A stretch of DNA of 62,434 bases, from the NCBI GenBank assembly GCA_964647465.1, contig CAZYFS010000002.1:1-62434 (forward strand). The letters are read 5' to 3'. This document shows, piece after piece, positions 1 to 9,742 of the stretch. This stretch comes from an uncultured Candidatus Saccharibacteria bacterium (lineage in GTDB: Bacteria > Patescibacteriota > Minisyncoccia > Minisyncoccales > UBA1441). The stretch's first letter is position 1, and every line of letters starts with the position of its first letter. The notes beneath the pieces were generated by a model. The model was not told where the DNA came from. It did not search any database and saw nothing but the letters and a program-made list of their open reading frames with translations. The position numbers were made by a program, and so were the translations under genes.

Positions 1-943
1 AATAATCTTCAATTAAACACCCCCACTCTGCCAAAGTAATAATTTCCTTTTCGCTTAAGGAAAAAGTGTTTTTTTGATCTTTAGAAAGACTTACCTCTTT
101 AACTCCCGCTTGTCCATAAACTAATTTTTTTTGTTGATTGCCTAATTTCTTTTTAATAATCGCCGCGTGTCCTTGTTTCAAGGTTGGCTTAAAAACATAA
201 AATTCATCGGGAATTATTCGCCCTCTCACCAACATTTCCCCTAGACCGAAAGCAGAATTAATTAAAACTAAATCAGAAAATCCACTTTCCGTATCAAGGG
301 TAAACATCACTCCAGCAGCACCTAAATCAGAACGTACCATTTTTTGAATCCCTACCGACAAAGCAATCTTCCATCTTGGGAAACCCGCTTCTTCCCGATA
401 AGCAATTGCTCGATCAGTAAATAAAGAAGCAAAACACTTTTTTATTGTCTCGATGAGTTCTTGGTCTCCTCTAATATTTAAATACGTTTCTTGTTGCCCG
501 TGTTGTATGTTTTGTGCGGCAAGGGAATTTTTTGATAAACCCTCGGTTGTTGCCGAAGAGCGAACGGCAACATCAGTATATTTTTCTCGATATTCTTTTG
601 ATAACTTGTGATAATTTTCCAAAATTTCTTCCTGAAAAGAAATCGGAAGGGTTGCTTTTAATATTAGTTTTCTTGCTTGTTGACCAGTCTTCTGTAAATT
701 CTTAATATTATTAACATCTAACCCGGCAAAAATCTCCGCTATTTTATCTTTTAATCCCGCCTCTTCAAAGAAATCAAGGTAGGCCTTTGTAGTCGTTGCA
801 AAACCATTGGGGACATTGATTTTCTTCTTTCTGAAATTGTTATACATCTCTCCAAGAGAAGCATTCTTTCCTCCCACCAGAGAAGCATCTTGATGAGAAA
901 TCTCTTTAAGCCATAAAATATTTTTAAGGGACTTTTTAATCAT
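1..943 (-). CDS. ppsA: phosphoenolpyruvate synthase / pyruvate,water dikinase, N-terminal part (start codon at 943; ORF runs off the window edge)
   Basis: My own minus-strand translation from ATG 943: MIKKSLKNILWLKEISHQDASLVGGKNASLGEMYNN...VAVRSSATTEG...GQQETYLNIRG...DRAIAYREEAGF. These are PpsA/PPDK nucleotide-binding N-domain signatures. It is absent from the ORF track because there is no stop codon inside the window. Confidence 0.8.
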   Translation of the reverse strand, partial: MIKKSLKNILWLKEISHQDASLVGGKNASLGEMYNNFRKKKINVPNGFATTTKAYLDFFEEAGLKDKIAEIFAGLDVNNIKNLQKTGQQARKLILKATLPISFQEEILENYHKLSKEYREKYTDVAVRSSATTEGLSKNSLAAQNIQHGQQETYLNIRGDQELIETIKKCFASLFTDRAIAYREEAGFPRWKIALSVGIQKMVRSDLGAAGVMFTLDTESGFSDLVLINSAFGLGEMLVRGRIIPDEFYVFKPTLKQGHAAIIKKKLGNQQKKLVYGQAGVKEVSLSKDQKNTFSLSEKEIITLAEWGCLIEDY

Positions 944-948
944 AATAG

Positions 949-2310
949 TTAATTTATCAATAGAGCCTTCATGGCTTTAATTGCTCGGTCCGGATCGGGA
1001 TAATTAGGAATATGATTTTTCTGCAAAAGAGCTAATCCCGAAGCACTAATTTCTCCAGGTAAACAAGTAGAAATTATTGGTTTCTGTGGCCATTTGCGCT
1101 GTGCTTCAATTATTACTTTTGCGTTTTGATAGACTTCCGTATTAATTTGCATAGTCTGCATTACAATTAAGCCGTTAATGTTTTTTTGACTCAATAAAGA
1201 TTCTAAGACCACTTTATATCTTTCCGGGGAAGCATCCCCCAAAACATCAAAAGGGTTGTTAAATAAAACAGATGGAGAAAATACTTTTGCTTTTTTTAAT
1301 TTGCGTTTTGTCAATAGTGACAATGATGGAATTTTGATTCCTGCTCGTTCTGAATAATCAGTCGCCAAAACCATCATCCCTCCCGCATTGCTTACTATCC
1401 CGATTCCATTAGCGATTCTAGGTTTCCAGGCTAAAACGCGAACGGCATCTAGCATTTCTTCTAAAGTGCTAACCAATTTTACTCCGCTTTGCTTGAAAGC
1501 AGCTCGATAAATCTGAGCTGATCCAGCCAGAGACGCCGTGTGTAAAAAAGCCATTTGTCTTCCTCTTTCGGTTTGCCCAGCCTTCAAAGCAATTATTGGC
1601 TTGTGATTACTTACTTTTTTAGCAATATCCATAAACTCCCGGCCTTGGCTTATTCCTTCTACGTAAATAGCGATAACCTTAACATCTTCACGATCTCCCA
1701 AATAGCGAATAAAATCAGTTATTGATAAGTCTGCTTCGTTGCCAGAGGAGATTAAATAAGAAAATCCATAATTATATTTTGTTGAATAATCAATAACCGA
1801 GTTAAGGATTGCTCCAGATTGAGAAATAAAAGCAATCTCCCCTACTTTTGGCATTGCTGGAGCAAAGGAAGCATTTAGGTGAGATTTTGGTCTGATAATC
1901 CCTAGGCAATTTGGCCCAAGAAGAGGAATCTGAGTCGATTGGAAAATTTCTAATAATTTTTTCTGTCTTTCCTTTCCCTTTTTCCCTATTTCTGCAAAAC
2001 CAGAAGAAATAATAATTACCGCGCCTACTTTTTTCTGAACACATTGACGAGCTGCTTCTAAAACGCTTTCCCCAGGAACGGCGATGATAACTAAATCAAC
2101 TTTTTCGGAAATATCAAGGACCGAAGAATAGGTGGATATCCCTTTCACTTTTTTTTGATAAGGGTTAACAAAATATATTTTCCGTTGTTTACTCCCAATC
2201 AATAAATTATTAACAATGCCCAAGCCAACTGACCGAGGACGATCAGTTGCTCCGATAAAAGCGACCGAATGAGGATCAAATAAATGTTTAAGATTTTTCG
2301 TCATTGACAA
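949..2310 (-). CDS. acetyl-CoA synthetase (ADP-forming) alpha subunit, CoA-binding/ligase-CoA domains
   Basis: 453 aa. It has an N-terminal CoA-binding Rossmann region (VAFIGATDRPRSVGLGIV) and succinyl-CoA-synthetase-like segments (GPNCLGII, ISQSGA). It overlaps the ATP-grasp partner gene upstream. Confidence 0.75.
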   Translation of the reverse strand: MSMTKNLKHLFDPHSVAFIGATDRPRSVGLGIVNNLLIGSKQRKIYFVNPYQKKVKGISTYSSVLDISEKVDLVIIAVPGESVLEAARQCVQKKVGAVIIISSGFAEIGKKGKERQKKLLEIFQSTQIPLLGPNCLGIIRPKSHLNASFAPAMPKVGEIAFISQSGAILNSVIDYSTKYNYGFSYLISSGNEADLSITDFIRYLGDREDVKVIAIYVEGISQGREFMDIAKKVSNHKPIIALKAGQTERGRQMAFLHTASLAGSAQIYRAAFKQSGVKLVSTLEEMLDAVRVLAWKPRIANGIGIVSNAGGMMVLATDYSERAGIKIPSLSLLTKRKLKKAKVFSPSVLFNNPFDVLGDASPERYKVVLESLLSQKNINGLIVMQTMQINTEVYQNAKVIIEAQRKWPQKPIISTCLPGEISASGLALLQKNHIPNYPDPDRAIKAMKALLIN

Positions 2311-2941
2311 TTATTTTAACGTCAACCGCTTCTACTCTAGTTCCTTGGGCGATAACTGGATTAAGATCCATTTCTTGGATTGCTGGATTTTCAATCATCA
2401 ACGAAGAAAGTCCAACTAAGATTTTCTCTAATTTTTCTAATTTAACCGAAAATCCTCCCCGAAAACCTTTCAAGAGAGGATATCCTTTAATTTCTTTAAT
2501 CATTGACAGGGCTTCTCTTCTAGAAAAAGGCGCTATGCGAAAACTCACATCCTTCATCACCTCAATAAAGATTCCTCCCAATCCAAACATTATCACCGGA
2601 CCAAATTGAATATCTCGTTTAGCTCCAATCCCCAATTCGATTCCTGTTCGCATTTCTTGAAGCAAAAAATCACCTGCTATCTTTTCTTTCTCTGCTATTT
2701 GTTTTAATTCCCGATAAGCCTCTTGGAATTCAGCTTTTTTCTCAATATTTAAACAAACCAATCCTCTTTCGGTTCGATGAGAAATTTGCGGCGAAACAAG
2801 TTTTAAAACAACCGGCTTTTCCATTTTTGAGAAAAGAGATTGCCCCACTTTTTCTGTCTTAAATATTCTCGAAGGAATAACTGGAATGTTATATCGGCAA
2901 AGAAGATCCTGGCTTTCTGAAAAAGTTAATTGCTTTTTCAC
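2288..2941 (-). CDS. acetyl-CoA synthetase (ADP-forming) beta subunit, ATP-grasp domain
   Basis: 217 aa with an ATP-grasp_5-like sequence (VVLKLVSPQISHRTERGLV...FGPVIMFGLGGIFIEVMKDVSFRIAP). It is translationally coupled to the alpha subunit. Confidence 0.7.
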   Translation of the reverse strand: MKKQLTFSESQDLLCRYNIPVIPSRIFKTEKVGQSLFSKMEKPVVLKLVSPQISHRTERGLVCLNIEKKAEFQEAYRELKQIAEKEKIAGDFLLQEMRTGIELGIGAKRDIQFGPVIMFGLGGIFIEVMKDVSFRIAPFSRREALSMIKEIKGYPLLKGFRGGFSVKLEKLEKILVGLSSLMIENPAIQEMDLNPVIAQGTRVEAVDVKIIVNDEKS

Positions 2942-2956
2942 TTCCCTAAAATAAAT

Positions 2957-3976
2957 TTATTGACAGGTTCCCGTTTGTATCCCTTCGCTACTTTCTATTT
3001 CTTGGTCACAAACAGAAGGAGCGTTTCCAAATGCTTCACAAATAGCATCCTTATAACCCTCTGTGCTCCTCTCTCCGTCGTAAATCATCCCATTAACAAT
3101 TAGGGTTGGCGAACCCTGGACATCCTCTTCAAACTTGTATTCTCCATCTCTTTGATGCCTGCTTGGATCTTGAACTGGATATTCTTGATTCGTTAATTCT
3201 ATCTCTCGATCCAACAAAATTGTTCCTTCTTCTTTTTGACATCGCTTTATCTCATCAACATTTAAACCAAGGTCCATAGCAATTGCTTCCCATTCTTCTT
3301 CAACTTTTTCGGCCGTAGTCCTCTTGTTGATTTCATCAACGAAACTCCATAATTTGTCTGATTGATATTCAGCCACGCAAAGTTCTCTGATGTCCTGGTT
3401 AACTTCAGCTGTTCTATGCATCGAACAATATTTTTGCTCAGAACTTAAACAAAAGTCTTCGCTTTGATAATCAGAATAGATAATGTAATGAAGATTAAAA
3501 TCAGCCACCGAGCCCAAAAGATCAACAACTGGCTTCATTAAATCTTCTGCTTGATTCCCGGCGGGACAGAAAGACATAACAAACAAATCAACGACTGGTT
3601 TTTCCGAAAGAGGGATCGTTAGGGGTTTAGGAGGATTCATATCAACAAATTCAGGGAAAAGCAAGTTCCCGTCTTTCGTTATATAAGAAATAAAGTTTTG
3701 GCTATTAACAGAAAGTTTCAAACGATAAAGATCGTCGCGAGTATCTGTGATTTCAAGAACTTCCACAGTCATTTCCTCTGGAGATCCCCCCATTTCTTTA
3801 ATAAAATCAACGACTTTTTTAGAAATGTCTTCCATTGATAAAATATTTGTATCAATTTTCTCTGGTTCTGGTCCAAGATTAATTTTTTCAGCAACTAAAT
3901 ACCCTCCCCCAAGACCGATAAGAAGAACAGCTACAATAGAAATAAGTAAACGCGCATTGAATTTATTCATTGTCAT
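2957..3976 (-). CDS. membrane-anchored extracytoplasmic thioredoxin-fold (DsbA-like) protein
   Basis: 339 aa with an N-terminal TM helix. A Trx-fold active-site-like motif VDLFVMSFCPAG is followed by many additional Cys residues. Confidence 0.5.
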   Translation of the reverse strand: MTMNKFNARLLISIVAVLLIGLGGGYLVAEKINLGPEPEKIDTNILSMEDISKKVVDFIKEMGGSPEEMTVEVLEITDTRDDLYRLKLSVNSQNFISYITKDGNLLFPEFVDMNPPKPLTIPLSEKPVVDLFVMSFCPAGNQAEDLMKPVVDLLGSVADFNLHYIIYSDYQSEDFCLSSEQKYCSMHRTAEVNQDIRELCVAEYQSDKLWSFVDEINKRTTAEKVEEEWEAIAMDLGLNVDEIKRCQKEEGTILLDREIELTNQEYPVQDPSRHQRDGEYKFEEDVQGSPTLIVNGMIYDGERSTEGYKDAICEAFGNAPSVCDQEIESSEGIQTGTCQ

Positions 3977-4023
3977 GATTTTAAATTAATAATAATAATT
4001 CTTGATGCTTATTTATGACGATG

Positions 4024-5220
4024 TTATCTCATTATCTTATTTAATAATTGATCTTGTTCAACTATCCCCCATTGTCCATCTTGACAATTCCTTTCTCCAA
4101 AACGAGCGATAGAATCTTTTGACTCTTTCTTCCCCCAAACAAGAAAGGGAATCAAATCCGCCGAATGCTCTTTTAATTCACAGGGGGTACAATGATCAGC
4201 GGTAATTATAACAGTTGCATTAGATAAAGCGAATAATTGTTTTATTTGTTCATCAATTCTCTCGATAAATTTCATTTTTGCGAAACATTCCCCATCATGG
4301 CCAAATGTATCTGTTGCCTTCACGTGCAAAAAAACAAAAGAATATTCCTTTTTTTGAAGAATTTCAACCGCTTTAGCAAATTTCCCGACAAGATTGGTAT
4401 CAAATCTACCAGTAGCCCCCTTAACTTTAATTCTTTTCATTCCGATAGATAAAGCTATTCCCCCGTAAAGATCTCCCCCGGCAATAAAACACGCTTTTCC
4501 TGGATATCGAGAATTAAATTTAGGCATAGACTTAAGCTCTCCTCCTCCTCTCAATAAAAGATAGTTCGCTGGAGGAAGATTATTTTTCTCTCGCCGCTTA
4601 TTAAAGGGAAGCTGTTTTAGGATTTTATGGGCTTGTCCTAAAAATTCATTTAAAACTAGCGCTGTAAATTTTGACTCTGCCTGATTGTCAAGGGGAGCAA
4701 TAATAGATGGACAAATGCCTGTTTGATGCAAATCGTTGCCATTAACACGACAAGAAATTCCCGGCCCTCTCATTATTATCGCTAAACGATGAGCAATACC
4801 CGGAACTAAAATAAATTCTATTCCTTTGATTTTTATTCCCGAGAGCGCTTGAATGAGTTTCTTTGTTTTTAAAATCCGGCCAGCCCTCCGATCAATAATT
4901 TTTGCAGTACCGTCGATTGTCGCCCAATTCCCCCGCCAAGCAACATCTCCCTCTTTAAGCTTTGCGCCCATTCCAACGGCTTCAAAAACTCCTCTACCTA
5001 AATTCCATTTAGTTAAATCATAGCCAAATAAAGAAAGATGAGCTTCATGAGAAGTTGGAAATTGGCCACTATAGACCGGCTGAATCAAACCACAGCTTCC
5101 CTCTTCAACCATCTTATCAAGCTCAGGGGTTTTTGCCGCCTCGAGAGGGGTTTTATTTCCCAAAGCAGACACAGGTCTATCTCCCATTCCATCTAAAATA
5201 ACTAAAAGGGTCTTTCTCAT
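4024..5220 (-). CDS. apgM: cofactor-independent phosphoglycerate mutase, archaeal type
   Basis: 398 aa. It has the LLVILDGMGDRP metal-binding N-terminus and the C-terminal HVKATDTFGHDG ... ITADHCTP motifs typical of the ApgM/metalloenzyme superfamily. Confidence 0.8.
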   Translation of the reverse strand: MRKTLLVILDGMGDRPVSALGNKTPLEAAKTPELDKMVEEGSCGLIQPVYSGQFPTSHEAHLSLFGYDLTKWNLGRGVFEAVGMGAKLKEGDVAWRGNWATIDGTAKIIDRRAGRILKTKKLIQALSGIKIKGIEFILVPGIAHRLAIIMRGPGISCRVNGNDLHQTGICPSIIAPLDNQAESKFTALVLNEFLGQAHKILKQLPFNKRREKNNLPPANYLLLRGGGELKSMPKFNSRYPGKACFIAGGDLYGGIALSIGMKRIKVKGATGRFDTNLVGKFAKAVEILQKKEYSFVFLHVKATDTFGHDGECFAKMKFIERIDEQIKQLFALSNATVIITADHCTPCELKEHSADLIPFLVWGKKESKDSIARFGERNCQDGQWGIVEQDQLLNKIMR

Positions 5221-5224
5221 GAAA

Positions 5225-6475
5225 TTAAATTTCTTTTTCTATCGCTAGTAAGCGATTATACTTAGCCACTCTTTCTCCTCGAGCTGGAGCTCCCGTTTTA
5301 ATGAAATCGACCCCCAAGCCTACAGCTAAATCAGCTATGAAATCGTCATTAGTCTCTCCGGAGCGATGGGAAACAATCGTCTTCCATCCATAGCTTTGGG
5401 CTAAGTGAGTTGCTTCGATTGTTTCTGTTAGAGTCCCAATTTGATTTGGTTTTAAAATAACACCATTAACGGCTTTCTCGCGATAAGCTTTTTGAATACG
5501 CCCTGGATTGGTTGTCAAAAGATCGTCACCGACAATCCCGATTTTTTCTCCCATCCGCGAAAGAATTTTTTGGAAATTGGCCCATTCTTCTTCTCCAAAA
5601 GGATCTTCGAGAAATTCAAAAGAATATTTACTAATCAATTTCTGATAAAAATCAAGCAGCTCTTCGCTGTTTAGAAAAGAACCATCTATGTTGTAACCCT
5701 TTTCTTTTTTAAACTCGCTAGCCGCACAATCTAAGGCAAATTTAACTTCCTTAGAAGAGTTAACCGCCGTTATTGCCATCGCTATAAAATTCAAGGCATC
5801 TTCTGTTTTCTCTAAAGACGAGGGAACAAATCCTCCTTCATCTCCAATGTTAATAGCAGATACTCCCAAATTATCTTCTAAAATCTTTTTAAGATTATAA
5901 TAAATTTCCGCTCCCAATTGTAAATTATCATGGAATTTCTCAGCTTGGGGAACAATCATGAATTCCTGAACAGTTAATTTGCCTCCTGCATGCTTCCCTC
6001 CATTAAGAAGGTTGAAACAAGGTCGAGGTAAAAAAAACTGTCGAGAAGATTTCCTCCATCGAGAGATATATTGCCATAAAGGAATATTTTTTTCGTCGGC
6101 GGCGGCTCGACAAATTGCCAAAGAAACCGGAAGGATAGCATTCGCCCCTAACTTTGATTTATTGCTTGTCCCATCTAATTCAATAAGCAATTTATCTAAT
6201 TTTCCCTGCCCCCCCACGCTCTCTCCTATTAATGCCGGATTAATAATTTCGTTAACATGTTGAATGGCCTTAGTAACTCCCAAGGACTTGAATCCTTCTT
6301 CTCCGCCATCTTTCAATTCAATCGCTTCTGCGCTCCCCGTTGAAGCACCACTAGGAGCTGAATCAATATATTCCCCGCGATTGGTAACCAGCTTAACTTC
6401 AACTGTCGGTTCTCCTCTTGAATTTAAAATTTCTCTTGCCGAAATTGATTTTATTTTTGCTAATTTGGTTAACAT
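5225..6475 (-). CDS. eno: enolase
   Basis: 416 aa with canonical enolase motifs (SRGEPTVEV, GDDLLTTN, ILKPNQIGTLTE, SHRSGETNDDFIADLAV). Confidence 0.95.
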   Translation of the reverse strand: MLTKLAKIKSISAREILNSRGEPTVEVKLVTNRGEYIDSAPSGASTGSAEAIELKDGGEEGFKSLGVTKAIQHVNEIINPALIGESVGGQGKLDKLLIELDGTSNKSKLGANAILPVSLAICRAAADEKNIPLWQYISRWRKSSRQFFLPRPCFNLLNGGKHAGGKLTVQEFMIVPQAEKFHDNLQLGAEIYYNLKKILEDNLGVSAINIGDEGGFVPSSLEKTEDALNFIAMAITAVNSSKEVKFALDCAASEFKKEKGYNIDGSFLNSEELLDFYQKLISKYSFEFLEDPFGEEEWANFQKILSRMGEKIGIVGDDLLTTNPGRIQKAYREKAVNGVILKPNQIGTLTETIEATHLAQSYGWKTIVSHRSGETNDDFIADLAVGLGVDFIKTGAPARGERVAKYNRLLAIEKEI

Positions 6476-6477
6476 AA

Positions 6478-7359
6478 TTAATCAATTTCAGAAAAATATT
6501 TTTGCCATTCTTTTTCATAGCCAAAACTATTTAAAATCAAAGACGCCTCAGCTTTTCGCCAATTTCTCAAAGAAAGAAGATCAAAGTTTCTTCCCTTAAC
6601 TTCATATCCATAAATAGGTTTCCCTGCTTGCAACATTGAATTTAAAACTTTTTCAAGCGTAAGATTTTCTGGACATTCCATCTCTTTTTTCACTTCTTTA
6701 GCAAATTCTAAAACTTGATTTGTCAAAATACAACGACCAGCAAGAGTAAAAACTTCTTCTCCCTTAAGATCGTTTTCTTCTGAATTTAATTCACGAAGCT
6801 TATAGACCTTTTGAGCGATCTTTTCAACCTTAACCACGGCTTGTTGGGGATTAATCTTACTAGCGGGAATTCGCTTTAAACCAATAATTGGACGCTCCGA
6901 AGCATGGAAAACTTTGATCAATTGTTTTAGTGAAGGAGTTTCCCCAAAAATCAAATCCCTTGAATTAGTAACGGCGAAAGCTTTTTTCTTGATAGAATTC
7001 TTAGCTTGCAAAATTGCTGATCCATCAGATAAAATTTTATCAGAGAAAGCAAAATTAAACTTCACTTCTTGATATCTTTGATGAAACAAATGAAAAGTTT
7101 CCTTTAATTTGCTATTTTGCACCTGAAGAGATTTCTCTATTTTATGCTCAACATTAAAATAATTTAAAATATTCTTTTCCTTGCTCGGACCAACAAAGGT
7201 TATTTCATTAATTCCTGATTGGACAGCTTCATCAACTAAATATTCAATTAATGGCCGGCCAGCTAAGGACCACAATTCAAAAGGAACTGTTTTAATCAAA
7301 GAAGAGAAACCAATTTGAGATCTTTGCAAGGGAATAATAAGATTTTTGATCTCTGTCAT
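6478..7359 (-). CDS. UTP-glucose-1-phosphate uridylyltransferase-like nucleotidyltransferase with a degenerate signature
   Basis: 293 aa with GalU-like length and layout (RPLIEYLVDEAVQSGINEITFV). The N-terminal PAAGxGTRxLP signature reads IPLQRSQIGFSSL instead. Confidence 0.5.
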   Translation of the reverse strand: MTEIKNLIIPLQRSQIGFSSLIKTVPFELWSLAGRPLIEYLVDEAVQSGINEITFVGPSKEKNILNYFNVEHKIEKSLQVQNSKLKETFHLFHQRYQEVKFNFAFSDKILSDGSAILQAKNSIKKKAFAVTNSRDLIFGETPSLKQLIKVFHASERPIIGLKRIPASKINPQQAVVKVEKIAQKVYKLRELNSEENDLKGEEVFTLAGRCILTNQVLEFAKEVKKEMECPENLTLEKVLNSMLQAGKPIYGYEVKGRNFDLLSLRNWRKAEASLILNSFGYEKEWQKYFSEID

Positions 7360-7377
7360 AAGATAATTAGGTTAAAA

Positions 7378-8583
7378 TCACTTTTGTCGTAAAAAGGCAG
7401 GCACGTCCCATTTTTTCTCTTTGTTAGTTTTTTGAAACTCAGTATCTTTGTTCATTTTTTTGATATCAAGAGCTGAACGACGTATTACCTTAATTTTTTT
7501 CACTTCCTTTTCCTTTGAAGGTATTTTCTCTTTTTTCTTAGAAACAATTTTCTTTTTTTCTTTCTTTCCCTTTTGGTTCTTCTTTGTTGGCTTTTTCTCT
7601 TCTGATTTTACTTTTCTTTTCTCTTCTGTCATTGCCATGAGAAAGACCTCTATTTTTTTATTAAAGTTATTTTTTCGCGACAAACCAAAAATAATTTTTG
7701 CCAATGGATTAAGTTCCTTAATCTTAGCGCTAATTTCTTCGATCTCCGCCATTTGTAAATCAGGACCTCCGATAATATTAAACAATACCTTCTTAACTTC
7801 CTTTAGGTCGTTAACCAAAAAAGGATGATGAATGATTTGTTCTTGAATTTTCTTAATGCGATCATCCCCTTCGGCAATAATTGTATTAAAAAATATATTT
7901 TTTTCTTTTCCTTTCAGTATTGTTTTAAAATCGGCAAAATCAATATTAATTAATCCTGGCGAACGAATAGTTTCCAATAATGTTTTCAGATTCTTAACCA
8001 AATCTTGATTAATTGCTGACAATGATTTCGTGAAAGAAGTTTGTTCACTTACAACTGAAAAAATCTTTTCGTTAGAAATAATCACGTGAGCATCTAGGAA
8101 TTTTTCTGTTTCTTTGATAGCTCGTTGAGCTATTTGCCGTCTTTTTGCCCCTTCAAATTCGAAAGGAAGAGTAAGGATTCCTAAAGTCAATGCCTTGCTT
8201 TTCTCTGCCGCCTGAGCAAAAACTGATAAAGCTCCTGATCCTACTCCCCCACCAAGACAAGATATTAAAACTAGAAGATCAGCCGATTTGAAAAGATTGT
8301 CGATTTTATCTTTTTCCTGATTTGCTAAGTTTTTAGCTAAAACAACATTCATCCCTGTTCCTAATCCGTGAGTCTCTTCTTCTCCAAAAGAAAAAACCTC
8401 TACGTTAGTAGTGGCCACTCTTTTTAGATTGACATTATCGGTGTCAGCTATTAAAAAATTTACTTCCTTTAATTGACGACTAATTTCTGTAACTATTGAA
8501 CTTCCGCCACCTCCCAAACCGACAATTTTGATCACAATTCCCTTAGCCCGATGTAAATAATTCTTGTTTTTACTTTTAGACAT
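7378..8583 (-). CDS. ftsZ: cell division GTPase FtsZ with a long Lys-rich C-terminal tail
   Basis: 401 aa with tubulin signatures (VGLGGGGSSIV, GLGTGMN, GGGVGSG). The C-terminal ~80 aa are K/E-rich. The stop codon is TGA. Confidence 0.9.
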   Translation of the reverse strand: MSKSKNKNYLHRAKGIVIKIVGLGGGGSSIVTEISRQLKEVNFLIADTDNVNLKRVATTNVEVFSFGEEETHGLGTGMNVVLAKNLANQEKDKIDNLFKSADLLVLISCLGGGVGSGALSVFAQAAEKSKALTLGILTLPFEFEGAKRRQIAQRAIKETEKFLDAHVIISNEKIFSVVSEQTSFTKSLSAINQDLVKNLKTLLETIRSPGLINIDFADFKTILKGKEKNIFFNTIIAEGDDRIKKIQEQIIHHPFLVNDLKEVKKVLFNIIGGPDLQMAEIEEISAKIKELNPLAKIIFGLSRKNNFNKKIEVFLMAMTEEKRKVKSEEKKPTKKNQKGKKEKKKIVSKKKEKIPSKEKEVKKIKVIRRSALDIKKMNKDTEFQKTNKEKKWDVPAFLRQK

Positions 8584-8676
8584 AAAACCATTATTTAAAT
8601 TCAGTATACCATAGAATAAACCAAAGAAATAAAATTTAATTTATTTTCCATTTTTTTCGATGGAAAACATTAAAAA

Positions 8677-8712
8677 AGAAGCGAGAAAATAATTACTCTC
8701 GCTTCTTTTTTG
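8677..8712. terminator. bidirectional intrinsic terminator-like hairpin between tRNA-Gln and ftsZ
   Basis: The 10-bp stem agaagcgaga/tctcgcttct has A-runs before it and T-runs after it, so it reads as hairpin plus U-tract on both strands. Confidence 0.5.
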
Positions 8713-8744
8713 AACTTTTGCTCTAATTGCATAATAATTATGAG

Positions 8745-8815
8745 TTGGAAGGGCAGGATTCGAACCTGCATTAATGGAGCCAGAATCCATCGGCCTACCA
8801 TTAGCCGACCTTCCA
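8745..8815 (-). tRNA. tRNA-Gln (anticodon CTG)
   Basis: The reverse complement TGGAAGGTCGGCTAATGGTAGGCCGATGGATTCTGGCTCCATTAATGCAGGTTCGAATCCTGCCCTTCCAA folds as a cloverleaf. The anticodon loop is TTCTGGC and the T-arm is GGTTCGAATCC. CCA is not encoded. Confidence 0.85.
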
Positions 8816-8824
8816 ATAATTACA

Positions 8825-9733
8825 TTATTTTAAATATTTTCTAACAGCTAAAAATGTTGAAACTACCCCCGTTCCCACTCCAGCAATTAATTGAATTGAA
8901 ATCAAAGATAGTAAATTTTGTTTTAGGTAGATCCAAGCATTATAATTAGGCAAAATAGCCTGTAAGCGAGGACCAAAGAAATAAATAAGAGCGAACAAAA
9001 CTAAATTTGCCAGAATCATTCCAAATAATCCATATAAAACTCCTTGAATTATAAAGGGCATTCTTGTAAACCAGTTGGATGCTCCAACCAATTTCATAAT
9101 CTCTATTTCGCTTTCCATCGAACGAATCGCCAAACGCACAGCACTAAAAGCAATCAGAACAATCAAGACTAATAAAAGCACACCAATAATTCCTCCGATT
9201 AGATTAATTCGAGCCGTTATTGCAAAAATCTTTTTAATTACTTCCTGGCGATTAAAATAATCAATTTTATAAATCAAACCTCCAAAATTATCACTCAAAT
9301 AATTGGCAACTACCTGATATTGACCTTCTTCTTTTACTTGAATGTCTAAAGAGGCCCGAAAAGGGTTTTCGCCAATTTGCTCCAGGGCTTGTTGATAAAT
9401 TAAATCCCCTTTATGCATTATCGTAAAATCTTCCCATGCTTCTGCCGAAGAAATATATTTTATTTCCTGAATTACTTCTGGAAATTCAAGTTTCGCCTGA
9501 TCTTTGATGTTCTCAATTTCTCCTGGTGAAGTATCGCGAGTAAAATAAGCAGCTAGACTAACTTGCTCTCTTACTTGAGTAACTAAAGCCTGGCTTGCTC
9601 CTTGAAATGAGAACAAGAAGCTTGCCAAAAGAATAACGATAGCAACAATCAAAGTAGCGACACTACTCGCCTCTTTATTGCTAAGGAAACTGCGCCATCC
9701 GAAGTTTAAAGTTCGTCGCCAGAAAGTAATCAT
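8825..9733 (-). CDS. ftsX: cell division permease FtsX
   Basis: 302 aa with FtsX topology (one TM, a periplasmic domain, three C-terminal TMs). It lies directly downstream of ftsE. Confidence 0.85.
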   Translation of the reverse strand: MITFWRRTLNFGWRSFLSNKEASSVATLIVAIVILLASFLFSFQGASQALVTQVREQVSLAAYFTRDTSPGEIENIKDQAKLEFPEVIQEIKYISSAEAWEDFTIMHKGDLIYQQALEQIGENPFRASLDIQVKEEGQYQVVANYLSDNFGGLIYKIDYFNRQEVIKKIFAITARINLIGGIIGVLLLVLIVLIAFSAVRLAIRSMESEIEIMKLVGASNWFTRMPFIIQGVLYGLFGMILANLVLFALIYFFGPRLQAILPNYNAWIYLKQNLLSLISIQLIAGVGTGVVSTFLAVRKYLK

Positions 9734-9742
9734 AAATTATAA

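Noticed and set aside
514-705. Plus-strand ORFs of 60-126 aa scattered antisense within minus-strand genes (for example 514..705, 2304..2609, 7448..7828, 25653..25910, 26097..26981, 50113..50412)
   Set aside because: All lie inside well-supported genes on the opposite strand. They have low-complexity, Ser/Phe/Ile-rich products typical of shadow frames in AT-rich DNA, and none has its own signals.
7378-7380. Alternative genetic code (UGA recoded, as in some candidate phyla)
   Set aside because: ftsZ and other genes terminate at TGA, with full-length products. prfB (RF2, which reads UGA) is present and uses TGA in its frameshift site.
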